From an uncultured delta proteobacterium (lineage in GTDB: Bacteria > Desulfobacterota > Desulfobaccia > Desulfobaccales > 0-14-0-80-60-11), in the NCBI GenBank assembly GCA_963797235.1, contig CAWCOX010000004.1:462400-526399 (forward strand): DNA of 64,000 nucleotides, written 5' to 3'. Under the pieces are notes generated by a model. That model saw only the letters and a list, made by a program, of their open reading frames with translations, was not told the DNA's origin and ran no database searches. Both the position numbers and the translations under genes were made by a program. Shown here piece by piece: positions 1 through 8,348 of the stretch (positions are counted from its first letter, which is position 1; every line of letters starts with the position of its first letter).

Positions 1-166
1 GGCCTTCTGATTATGGAAGATCCTGCCCACCTTGAACTCGTCTTTGACACGCTCCAAAAAAACTTGGGGCGGTCCTTGACGGAAATCGGTAATCTGGAAA
101 TAGATTTTACTTTATCGCCGCAGAAATGTGGCCTGAAGCAAGCCAGGCCTAAAGCTACGCTCAGCC

Positions 167-204
167 CGTAGGCCGGGAAAGCGCCGCGCCTCCCGCCTTT
201 AGCA
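167..204. repeat. GC-rich REP-like hairpin (CGTAGGSCGGGAAAGCG..GCGCCTCCCGCCTTTAGCA)
   Basis: Inverted repeat GGCGGGA/TCCCGCC. Near-identical copies at 452-489 and, reverse-complemented, at 54407-54441. Related GGGCGG..CCGCCC hairpins near 1223-1247, 39127-39152, 50357-50388 and 53884-53908. Confidence 0.7.
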
Positions 205-451
205 TTATATTGTGAGCGTTGCTCCTCGGCGCCCTCTGGCCCGCCCCTAATTCCTGCCCAGTTCCTGCTGTGCGCACCCCCTAACTTTGAACCATGAACC
301 TTGAACTACTCTCGTGTTGGGGTGGGGGGGGGCAACTTTTTACTTCCGCCTTTGCGCCTTTGCGCCTTTGCGTGAGGTTTCTTTAGTTTTGAACCTTCAA
401 CCAGCGTGTAGGTGCGGACCTATTGTGCCCGCCCTAAATTCCGGGTGGTGC

Positions 452-489
452 CGTAGGGCGGGAAAGCGAAGCGCCTCCCGCCTTTAGCA
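452..489. repeat. GC-rich REP-like hairpin, second copy
   Basis: Same ~38-nt sequence as 167-204 with 3-4 substitutions. Confidence 0.7.
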
Positions 490-519
490 ATGAGGAAAAA
501 AGATGGTGTGTAGGAAGGC

Positions 520-1066
520 CCCCTGCAAAACCAAAAACTCGAAACTCGGAACTATCTTCGCTTTTACTGGCCCCTGACCCCTGACCACTGACCACTGTCT
601 CTTCTGTTCTGGCCATTTCTCTCCCCCGGCCTTACCTTATGTGCATGTGTAACTTAACCGCCTCTCCCCCGAACCGCCCGCCCTTCAAGCGGCATAAATG
701 CGGCACAACCGCGGCACCACCACGACGCTTCAGCGGTCCCGGACCGCTAAGTCAGCGCCACCTCAGAGAACTAAATCCAGCCAATATAAGGTACTTATGC
801 GCACCAAATTGCGGAATTTTTTCAGCTGCCGGCACAAGCTGGCCCCGATTGGCCACTTTTTTCGGCGCGAAGTCCCTGCAAACCCGGCCGACTCACCTGG
901 AAAACCTAGTAATATGCAGCTACTTGGATGATGTACAATTTTTCTCTTCCCTAAGTTGTACTTGGCATTGCCTTTTTCGCCCCCAGGCCCGGCCTGGCCA
1001 CCATTGCCGTTCCCAATGCAACTTGGGAACCAGGGGAAACCGTGATTAACCCGCACCTCAAAGCAG
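520..1066 (+). repeat. Dispersed ~0.5-kb non-coding repeat, copy 1
   Basis: Block-wise ~75-80% nucleotide identity to the reverse complement of 54873-55345. Example: ATGTGTAACTTAACCGC at 645 corresponds to 55246 on the minus strand. A partial third copy lies at 43245-43372. Contains three GCGGCA boxes at 689, 700 and 711, exactly 11 bp apart. Confidence 0.8.
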
Positions 1067-1382
1067 TCACTTTCTTAACTCCCTCCCCCTTGAGGGGGGA
1101 GGGCTGGGGTGGGGGTGGTGCAGGCAGTTTCTTTCCCTTGCAACGGGATTATCTGATCTTAAGTTTTTCTAAACTAGTCGCTCTTGAGCCTTGGGCTCAC
1201 CCGTAAATTATCAAAAGGTTGGTGGGGCGGGCGTCTCGCCCGCCATCTCAGTGCGCCGTGCCCCCACATTTTTGCGGCTTGCTTTGCGACTTTGCGTCTT
1301 GTGCGTGAGATCAAGCTTTTCTGAACCGCCTATGAGCCGGTTGGCTGCACCTTGCGCTCCTTGAGATTACGAAAGGAACCCT

Positions 1383-1994
1383 ATGCCCGAAAAACTGACG
1401 GATTTGCCGAAAGGCATTGACCTCAAAGACGAAGACATCTTTGAGGCCATGAAGAGCATCCCCGGCTACCTGGACATCACCCCCGGAGATTTTAAAGAGG
1501 TCTACCGCCGGGCTTACGCCCACGCCCTGGAGCGCCTGAGCCGGGCCGTCAGCGCCGGGGAGATCATGACCCGGGAGGTGGTCTCGGTGCGCCCCGACAC
1601 CCCCCTGGCCGAAGTGGCCGCGGCCATGGGCGGCCGCGGCATCTCCGGGGTGCCGGTGGTGGACGACGCCGGCCGGGTGCTGGGCGTCATCTCGGAAAAG
1701 GATTTTCTGACCCACATGGGCGTGGCCGAGCCCAAAAATTTCATGGTCCTGGTGGCCTCCTGCCTGCAAAGCCGGGGCTGCGTAGCCCTGCCCATCAAGC
1801 AGCGCCGGGCCGCCGACCTCATGACCTCTCCCGCGGTCACCGTGGGGCCGGAGACCAGCATCAAGGACATCGCCGCGCTCTTCACCGGCCGGGGTATCAA
1901 CCGGGTGCCGGTGACCGATCCGAGCGGCCGCCTCCTGGGTCTGGTCAGCCGGGGCGATCTCGTCCGGGCGGCCATGGGCGGGGGCGCCCCATGA
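1383..1994 (+). CDS. CBS-domain pair protein
   Basis: 203-aa ORF with two CBS-like modules (..MTREVVSVRPDTPL..GVPVVDDAGRVLGVISEKD.. and ..MTSPAVTVGPETSI..RVPVTDPSGRLLGLVSRGD..). Its stop overlaps the next start (ATGA). Confidence 0.8.
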   Translation: MPEKLTDLPKGIDLKDEDIFEAMKSIPGYLDITPGDFKEVYRRAYAHALERLSRAVSAGEIMTREVVSVRPDTPLAEVAAAMGGRGISGVPVVDDAGRVLGVISEKDFLTHMGVAEPKNFMVLVASCLQSRGCVALPIKQRRAADLMTSPAVTVGPETSIKDIAALFTGRGINRVPVTDPSGRLLGLVSRGDLVRAAMGGGAP

Positions 1995-2530
1995 TCGCCG
2001 CTTACTTCCGCAAAATGGCCGGCACCACCCAGAGCCCGCCCCGGGCCGGGCTGGCCGAGATTCTCTGGTCCTGGCTCGGCGCCTGCCTGGGCATCGGCGC
2101 GGTGGCCTGGCTCGACGGCTGGTTGGAAAAGACCGATGTGCTCCTGCTCATCGGCTCCTTCGGGGCCTCGGCGGTCTTGATTTACGGCGCCATCAAGAGC
2201 CCCCTGGCCCAGCCCCGGAACCTGGTGGGCGGGCACCTCATCTCGGCCCTGATCGGCGTCACCGTCTATTCTCTGCTCTCTCCCCTCCCCTGGCTGGCCG
2301 CGGCCGTGGCCGTGGCCACCAGCATCGCGGTGATGCACGCCACCCGGACCCTGCATCCGCCCGGCGGGGCCACCGCCCTGATCTTCGTCATGGGCAGCCC
2401 CAAGATCCATCACCTGGGCTACCTCTATGTCCTGATGCCGGTGGGGGCCGGGGTGGCGGTCATGCTCCTGGTGGCCCTGCTGGTCAATAACCTTTCCCCC
2501 CGGCGCCGCTACCCGGAATTCTGGTGGTGA
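1991..2530 (+). CDS. HPP-family integral membrane protein
   Basis: 179-aa hydrophobic ORF carrying the family signature LHPPGGATAL. Translationally coupled to the upstream CBS gene. Confidence 0.8.
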   Translation: MIAAYFRKMAGTTQSPPRAGLAEILWSWLGACLGIGAVAWLDGWLEKTDVLLLIGSFGASAVLIYGAIKSPLAQPRNLVGGHLISALIGVTVYSLLSPLPWLAAAVAVATSIAVMHATRTLHPPGGATALIFVMGSPKIHHLGYLYVLMPVGAGVAVMLLVALLVNNLSPRRRYPEFWW

Positions 2531-2547
2531 ACCGAGGCCCCAACGTC

Positions 2548-2577
2548 ACAAGGCAGGACCCCCGGGTCCTGCCTTGT
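2548..2577. terminator. Hairpin between convergent genes (no clear U tract)
   Basis: ACAAGGCAGGACCC/GGGTCCTGCCTTGT perfect inverted repeat between the HPP gene (+) and the HExxH gene (-). Confidence 0.35.
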
Positions 2578-2598
2578 GCAGTTCAAAGGCTGCGCGGC

Positions 2599-3057
2599 CT
2601 ATTTTTCGTCTTTTTCCTGGTGATAAATCAAAGACACGGTCTGCGACACCCGCTTCGCCCAGGATGGATCATCCTTGTTCAACTCCACCTCATCATAAAA
2701 ATCGCTGAAATCATGATCCACTAATTTGTAAGGAGCTTTGCTTTCGGAATCGAAAAAGGTATGCCGCAATTCATGCCGCAAAACTCTCTCAATATCAGCC
2801 TCTTCACAGTGTTGCAGCAATTTGCTGTCGAAGAGCACAATATAGTCGTAACCGTCTTCCGGCGCTTCATTTCTGGACAGATATCTCACCAGCTCCGAAG
2901 GTTTGACAATCTTCCCCAGAGCCACCGTGCCTTTCTGCATCATCTTCTTTTTATTAATCAGAAAAAGTATCTTGGCATTGGCCAGGTGCGGAAAATATTT
3001 GCCTTTCAGATTTTCATACATTTCGTAAACGCTGTCCGGGACATCGTCATACTTCAT
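2599..3057 (-). CDS. Small HExxH metallopeptidase-like protein (phage-type / SprT-like)
   Basis: 152-aa ORF with HELRH (HExxH). Visibly lower GC than the flanking genes. No signal peptide. Confidence 0.5.
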   Translation of the reverse strand: MKYDDVPDSVYEMYENLKGKYFPHLANAKILFLINKKKMMQKGTVALGKIVKPSELVRYLSRNEAPEDGYDYIVLFDSKLLQHCEEADIERVLRHELRHTFFDSESKAPYKLVDHDFSDFYDEVELNKDDPSWAKRVSQTVSLIYHQEKDEK

Positions 3058-3240
3058 GGAAATTCTCCTTTTTAAAGCATTATTGCAGCATCAGGGACCG
3101 ACACCAGGCGGAGGATTTTGAGTCTGATGCGGTGGGCGGAAGTCAGATAACCCGCATGGTTGACGCCTTACGGTCAAGCCGAACCTGCTCCCCAATTATA
3201 AAGGTTCCGCCAATTTCCGCCAAGGCTAAACTGGCCCAAA

Positions 3241-4041
3241 CTACTTGGCGGGGCGCGCCTTCTGCCTGGCAAAAAAGGCTTCCAGGGCCTGCATGTGCTC
3301 CGGACTATGGTGGCAGAGGGCCTGGAAGGCGGCGGAAATCTCCAGGGTTTCTTCCAGACTCTTGCCCTGGGCCAGACTGAACAGGCGCTTGGCCAGGCGC
3401 AGAATTCTGGCCGGCTGCCTGGCGATCTCGGCCGCCATTTCCAGGGACCGTTCCAGGAGCCGCTCGTGCGGCACCACTTCGCTCACCAGGCCGATCCGCA
3501 GGGCCTCGGCCGCGTCGATGACCCGACAGGTGAACGCCAGCTCCAGGGCCTTGGCGTAGCCGATCACCCGGGGCAGGAAATAGGCCCCGCCATCGCCGGG
3601 GATCAGACCCACGGAGGCGAAGGTCTCGCCGAAGCGGGCCTTATCGCTGGCGAGGCGAATATCGCACATGCAGGTCAAATCGCAGCCCGCCCCGATGGCC
3701 GGGCCGTTAACCGCGGCGATGGTGGGCACATCCAGCCTCTGAAACGCCAGAGGAATCTGCTGGATGCCCTGGCGGTAATTATTGCGGATCTGGTCCGGGT
3801 CGCCCGCGAACATCCCCTGCTTGTTATACATGTCCTTGACGTTGCCGCCGGCCGAAAAGGCGCTGCCCGCGCCGGTGAGGATCATGACGCTCAGGGCCTC
3901 GTCAGCCTGCACCCGGAGCAACGCGTCCAGGATCTCCTCGATCATGGCCGGCTCCGTAATGGTATTGCGCACCTCCGGCCGGTTCAGGGTGAGGACGGCG
4001 ATGGTTCCCCGTTGCTCGAAGCTGATTTCCCGATAGGTCAT
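3241..4041 (-). CDS. Enoyl-CoA hydratase/isomerase (crotonase) family protein
   Basis: 266-aa ORF with a typical crotonase N-terminus (..GTIAVLTLNRPEVRNT..) and oxyanion-hole region (..GAGSAFSAGGNVKD.., ..AAVNGPAIGAGCDL..). Confidence 0.85.
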   Translation of the reverse strand: MTYREISFEQRGTIAVLTLNRPEVRNTITEPAMIEEILDALLRVQADEALSVMILTGAGSAFSAGGNVKDMYNKQGMFAGDPDQIRNNYRQGIQQIPLAFQRLDVPTIAAVNGPAIGAGCDLTCMCDIRLASDKARFGETFASVGLIPGDGGAYFLPRVIGYAKALELAFTCRVIDAAEALRIGLVSEVVPHERLLERSLEMAAEIARQPARILRLAKRLFSLAQGKSLEETLEISAAFQALCHHSPEHMQALEAFFARQKARPAK

Positions 4042-4056
4042 GGCTCTCTTCCCTCC

Positions 4057-5582
4057 TTAAGAGCAAATTTTTTCGATGGCCGCCTTGATCTGGCAGGCCC
4101 TCCAGCCGAAATCGGTCAGGCAGGCCACGCCTTCCTTAATATAAGCTGCGTCATCAGGGTCGCGCAACAGGTCGACCACCAGCGCTGGGGCGGCCTCCTG
4201 GAGCGCCTCCAGCAGCCTTTTATTGGAGGGATAGAGATGCGCGTCGAAGCAGAAGAGGATGGTCAGGTCTGAGCGTTTAGCCAGGTGTGCCGCCTGTTGA
4301 ATTTCATCTTCCGCCGGCTCGATGGAGACTATTTGAATCTCGGGTTTGAGCCCGAATTTCTGAAACTCTTGCCGCACAAATTCCTGTTCATCGCAAAACT
4401 TCCTTTCTCGATCATGATCTTCGCATCGAGAGCTGAAAATTGCGGCAAGATCACGGCAATACCTGGCGCTGCGGGCCGCAGCGGCAGCAATTTTCTCTCA
4501 TCTTGGAGAACCTGGACGGATTCACGGCAGATTCTGGCCGCCAGCAGGGCGCCGGCCGGTTCAGCCGCGGGCTCTCCCCCGGCAAATCTTCGTTCTCTCT
4601 TTAATTTCAATCTTCTGATCCGCTCGACGCTCTCCTCCAGCTCTTTCAGGGGCAGTCGCTTGCTTTTATAGGCCTCGAGCAGTTTATCGTAAACCTCTTT
4701 TTGGGCCTGGAGGTCGTGGCAGACCAGCAGCAGATCATGTCCCGCCGCGGCAGCCAAGATCCCCGCCTCGCCGATGGGGCAGAGCGCTTTAATGGCGCCC
4801 ATTTCCAGATCGTCGCTGGCAATGACCCCCCCGAAGTTGAGCTCACCTCTAAGGTAATCGTAAATAATTCTTCTGGAAAAGGTGGCGATCCTTTGGGGAT
4901 CGGGATCGAGTTTGGGATAGTGGGGATGAGAAGACATCACCAGATCGACTCCGGTTTGAATCGCCTGCACGAACGGCTTAAGATGCACCTCCTCCATCTC
5001 TTGCCAGGTGGAGCCGATGACCGGCAGTCCCAGATGAGCATCCACCGGGGCATGACCCTTGCCGGGAAAATGCTTGGCGCAGGCTGACAGGCCGCCCCGT
5101 TGCATGCCGGCAATCCGCGCCGCGCCCATTGCCGCCACTAGCCGCCAATCTTTGCCGTAAGCCCGGATGCCGATATTCGGACTGTAGGCCTCGGTCAAGA
5201 CATCGAGCACCGGCCCCAGATTCACATCCAGCCCCAGCCGGCGCAGTTCTTTGGCCTCGATCTCGCCCTGCTGCCTGGCATAGTCGAGGTTTCCGGCCGT
5301 GCCCACCGCCAGATTGTCCGGGAACACGGTAATCCCGTCCCGGAACATGATGACCCGCCCGCCTTCGTGGTCCGCCGTCACCAGCAGTCTGCGGCCGAGG
5401 GCCTCTTCCAGATCGGCAATCAGTTTTTTAAGCTGCGCCGGAGAGTCGAAATTGATCCGGTAGAGAATTAGCCCGCCGGCATGCAGCTCTTGGAAATGAC
5501 GGACAATCGCCGGAGTGATCTTGGTTCCGGGAATACCGATGACCAGCCGTTCTCCCACAAGTTCTTCGAGTTTCCTGTCCAT
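4057..5582 (-). CDS. nagZ: Glycoside hydrolase family 3 beta-N-acetylhexosaminidase (NagZ-like), frame-disrupted
   Basis: The 420-aa ORF shows GH3 N-terminal hallmarks (..VTADHEGGRV.., ..KHFPGKGH.., ..VIASDDLEMGA..). The C-terminal domain continues in the overlapping ORF 4057-4377 in another frame. The shift maps near 4400-4415. ATG at 5582. Confidence 0.75.
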
Positions 5583-5583
5583 T

Positions 5584-6288
5584 TTAAGCAACCGTGCCTT
5601 TCAAGTAAGCCTGCCTCCTGGCCTCGGGCAACCGCTCGATGGCATACCGGAGCATGGTGCGGGGCATCTGCCGGTAATGTTTTCGTAAGAAAGCTTCCGC
5701 CACCGCGGTCTGGCGTTTTTGCACCTCCCGGAGCATCCAGCCCACGGCCTTGTGGATCAAATCTTCCGGGTCCCCCAACAGGAGGCGGGCAATTCTCAGG
5801 GTCTCGTCAAAGTCCTGCCGTTTGATGAAGTGCAGGGTGGCGATGATGGCCAGGCGCCGCTCCCACCAGTTCCCGGAAGCGGCCAACCGGGTCAGGGTAT
5901 CCTTGGGGCGGTCGTCCAGGTAATGGCCCAGCAGGTGCGGCGCCGAGACATCCACCAGATCCCAGTTATTGACGAACCGGGTATGTTCCAGGTAGAAGCG
6001 GTGAAGCTGATCTCTGACATCCTGGTCGCCGCGATCATATTGGCGAATCAGGATCAACAAAACCAGCAGCCGGTCTTCGTGGAAAGTTGATGGCAGCAAG
6101 CGCCGCGCCTCAGCCAGGGAAAGCTCCTGATATTTTTTGGCCAGGCCTCGCAAGACCGGGACGCGAATGCCCCGGAACCGGTCGCCCGCGCCGTACTCGC
6201 CCGGCCCTGTCTTAAAAAACCGTTGGAGAATGGCGGCCTGCGAGGCATCTCCCAGGCTTTCGAGCTCTCTCCGGATTTCTGCGATCAT
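5584..6288 (-). CDS. DNA alkylation repair protein (AlkD-like HEAT-repeat family)
   Basis: Starting from MIAEIRRELESLGD.., the sequence matches the family pattern (..RFFKTGPGEYGAGDRFRGIRVP.., ..WWERRLAI..). Start chosen at the internal ATG at 6288. Confidence 0.7.
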   Translation of the reverse strand: MIAEIRRELESLGDASQAAILQRFFKTGPGEYGAGDRFRGIRVPVLRGLAKKYQELSLAEARRLLPSTFHEDRLLVLLILIRQYDRGDQDVRDQLHRFYLEHTRFVNNWDLVDVSAPHLLGHYLDDRPKDTLTRLAASGNWWERRLAIIATLHFIKRQDFDETLRIARLLLGDPEDLIHKAVGWMLREVQKRQTAVAEAFLRKHYRQMPRTMLRYAIERLPEARRQAYLKGTVA

Positions 6289-6417
6289 CACGGCGCGCCT
6301 ATAAATAATCCATAAAATTCCAATCAGCCATCTTAATATCACCTATCTAAGCCCATTTCTCGCAATTTTTGCGGCTAACAATGCAAAAATCTTTTTGGTA
6401 CAATAGCTTGGCTCTCT

Positions 6418-7954
6418 ATGGAAATCCAAACCCTTTTTTCAAGCGGCAGCAGTCTGACCTGGCAGGATTACTCGGTTCTGTCAGTGATTCTCGCCTTGGT
6501 GGTTTTTGTCGGTTTTTATTCCGGCAGAGAAGAAAAATCCACCAACGACTTTTTCCTGGGGGGGAGAAAAATCCCCTGGTGGGCGGCCGGTCTGGCGTTT
6601 GTCGCCGCGGAAATCAGCGCCCTCACCCTGATTGCGGTGCCCGCCATCGCCTATATGGAAAACTGGGAATATGCCCAGTTTTTTATCGGCGATTTTCTGG
6701 CCCGGATCGCCATCACCTTTCTGTTTATCCCGGCTTTTTACCACTATAACTGCACCTCTATTTATGAATTCTTAAAATATCGCTTCGGACCGGAAACCCA
6801 AATCGCCGGCTCGATCCTGTTTTTCATCACGCGCCTGTTGGCTTCCGGCGTCCGGCTGATGGTAGCTTGTTTGGCGGTGAGCATCTTAGTCGGCTGGCCT
6901 ATCCTGCCGACCATTGTGCTGTTTTCGGTCATCTGCATTCTCTATGTCGCCTGGGGCGGGATCAAGGCGGTGGTCTGGACCAATGTGATTCAAGGCCTGA
7001 CTTACGTAACTGCGGGAATGGTGGCCATCGGTTTCCTGCTGACGCAGCATCGACGGCGGCGCCGCGGGCGTGCTGGCGATTGCCGGCGCGGCCGGCAAAC
7101 TGAAAATCTTCAACTGGGGACCGGGCCTGGCGGCATCGGGATCGGGAGCCTTCCTGAAGAGCCTGTTCACGGATCCCAATCTCCTGGTGCTGGCGACTTT
7201 GAATGGCTTTTTTGGTTCGATGGCGGCCTTTGGGACTGATCAGGAGTCCATGCAGCGACTGCTGACGGTGGAAACGAGACGAGAAAGTCAGAAAACCATG
7301 CTGCTGACCCCCATCGGCAGTTTTCTGATGATGCTCATCTTCCTCTCGGTGGGCGCCTGCCTTTATGCCTTCTATGCCCAGCATCCCGGGATGCCGCTGC
7401 CGGCAAAACTGGACAAAATTTTTCCGCATTTTATCGAGCAGGCGATGCCTCCATACATGCGGGGGCTGATGCTCTCGGCGCTGGTGCTGGCGAGCTTTGA
7501 CACGCCCTTAGGTTCCCTGACCGCTTCCTTTGTCACGGACATCTATCGTCCGGTGCTTCATAAGTCGGGAACCGAACGCCACTATCTTTTAATTTCCCGG
7601 GTCTGTGTGGTGGTTTTTGGCATTATCCTGGCGTTCATCGCCTTCATTTTCAGCCATTTTGAAAAATTCCTCTGGCTCGCTTTCAAGATTGGCGGGGTTA
7701 CCTACGGCTCTTTACTGGGGGTCTTTCTGCTCGGTCTGCTGACCACCAGGCGCTGCAACCGGGTCAATGTCGCGGCCATGGCCCTTTCTGCCTTGAGCAT
7801 GCTAATTCTGTTGATTCTTTCGGAGACGCATGTCTTCCCGCTGGGCTGGACCTGGCTGTTGCTGATCGGCACCTTTTTGACTTTTTCCACCGGTTGGCTT
7901 TTTGGCAAACCAGCCGAGAGCGTCGCGAACTCCCTCCCCAAAACTGAGAGATGA
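6418..7954 (+). CDS. Sodium:solute symporter (SSF) family transporter, frame-disrupted
   Basis: ORFs 6418-7239 and 7070-7954 are the N- and C-halves of one SSF protein (..NDFFLGGRKIPWW.. / ..GTDQESMQRLL..). A +1 shift maps near 7044-7050. Confidence 0.8.
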
Positions 7955-8348
7955 GCCGGAAGCGGTTATCGACTGCTGAACTGGCTTAAAAGAACAGATT
8001 CGTCTGTAACCAACCTCTTTATGTGCCACGACCAAGATTTAAAATGACAACAATCACAGTACCTGACACTTTTGCCAGACAGAATCCGATTCTGTCGTCC
8101 TATCCTACAAAATTGCCCTGACCAGACAACTGGACAGAAAGATGGAGCCTGGCTGGTCCACTGACTGATTGCTCTAAGAAGAGAGGAGATGTTGCGTTCG
8201 GAAAGCCGGAGAGAAAAAAGGATAACCAAATCATGAAACGCAAGTTGTTGGTCTTATCGGTGGAGTGGAGGAAAATTGCAGGTCTGATCTGGATATTGGA
8301 AGCTTTTGGCGCCGTGATAAGTCTCGGATCATAGCAGATATCTTCTAT

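Noticed and set aside
1-170. An open frame from the window edge to TAG at 168-170 (..EDPAHLELVFDTLQKNLGRSLTEIGNLEIDFTLSPQKCGLKQ..), possibly the 3' end of a gene.
   Set aside because: Only 56 codons are visible and no motif is recognisable. The stop lies inside a REP-like repeat. This is not enough support to annotate it.
781-805. A dif-like site. The minus strand reads GGTGCGCATAA-GTACCT-TATATTGGCTG, whose left arm equals the E. coli dif XerC arm as I remember it. The second copy, at 55098-55125, has one mismatch.
   Set aside because: The right arm does not resemble the conserved XerD arm (TTATGTTAAAT). The internal palindrome has a 3-bp rather than a 6-bp centre. The motif also occurs twice in inverted orientation inside a repeat, which does not fit a single chromosomal dif. 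The 11-mer match may be chance (expected about 0.03 per window, found post hoc). It is worth a Xer-site model scan, but I make no call.
639-1049. The 136-aa ORF (and its counterpart 55004-55246) running through the ~0.5-kb repeat, considered as a possible Cys-rich small protein.
   Set aside because: The two copies end at different points (136 versus 80 aa). Differences are not concentrated at third codon positions. The composition is junk-like, and there is no RBS. I treat the element as non-coding.
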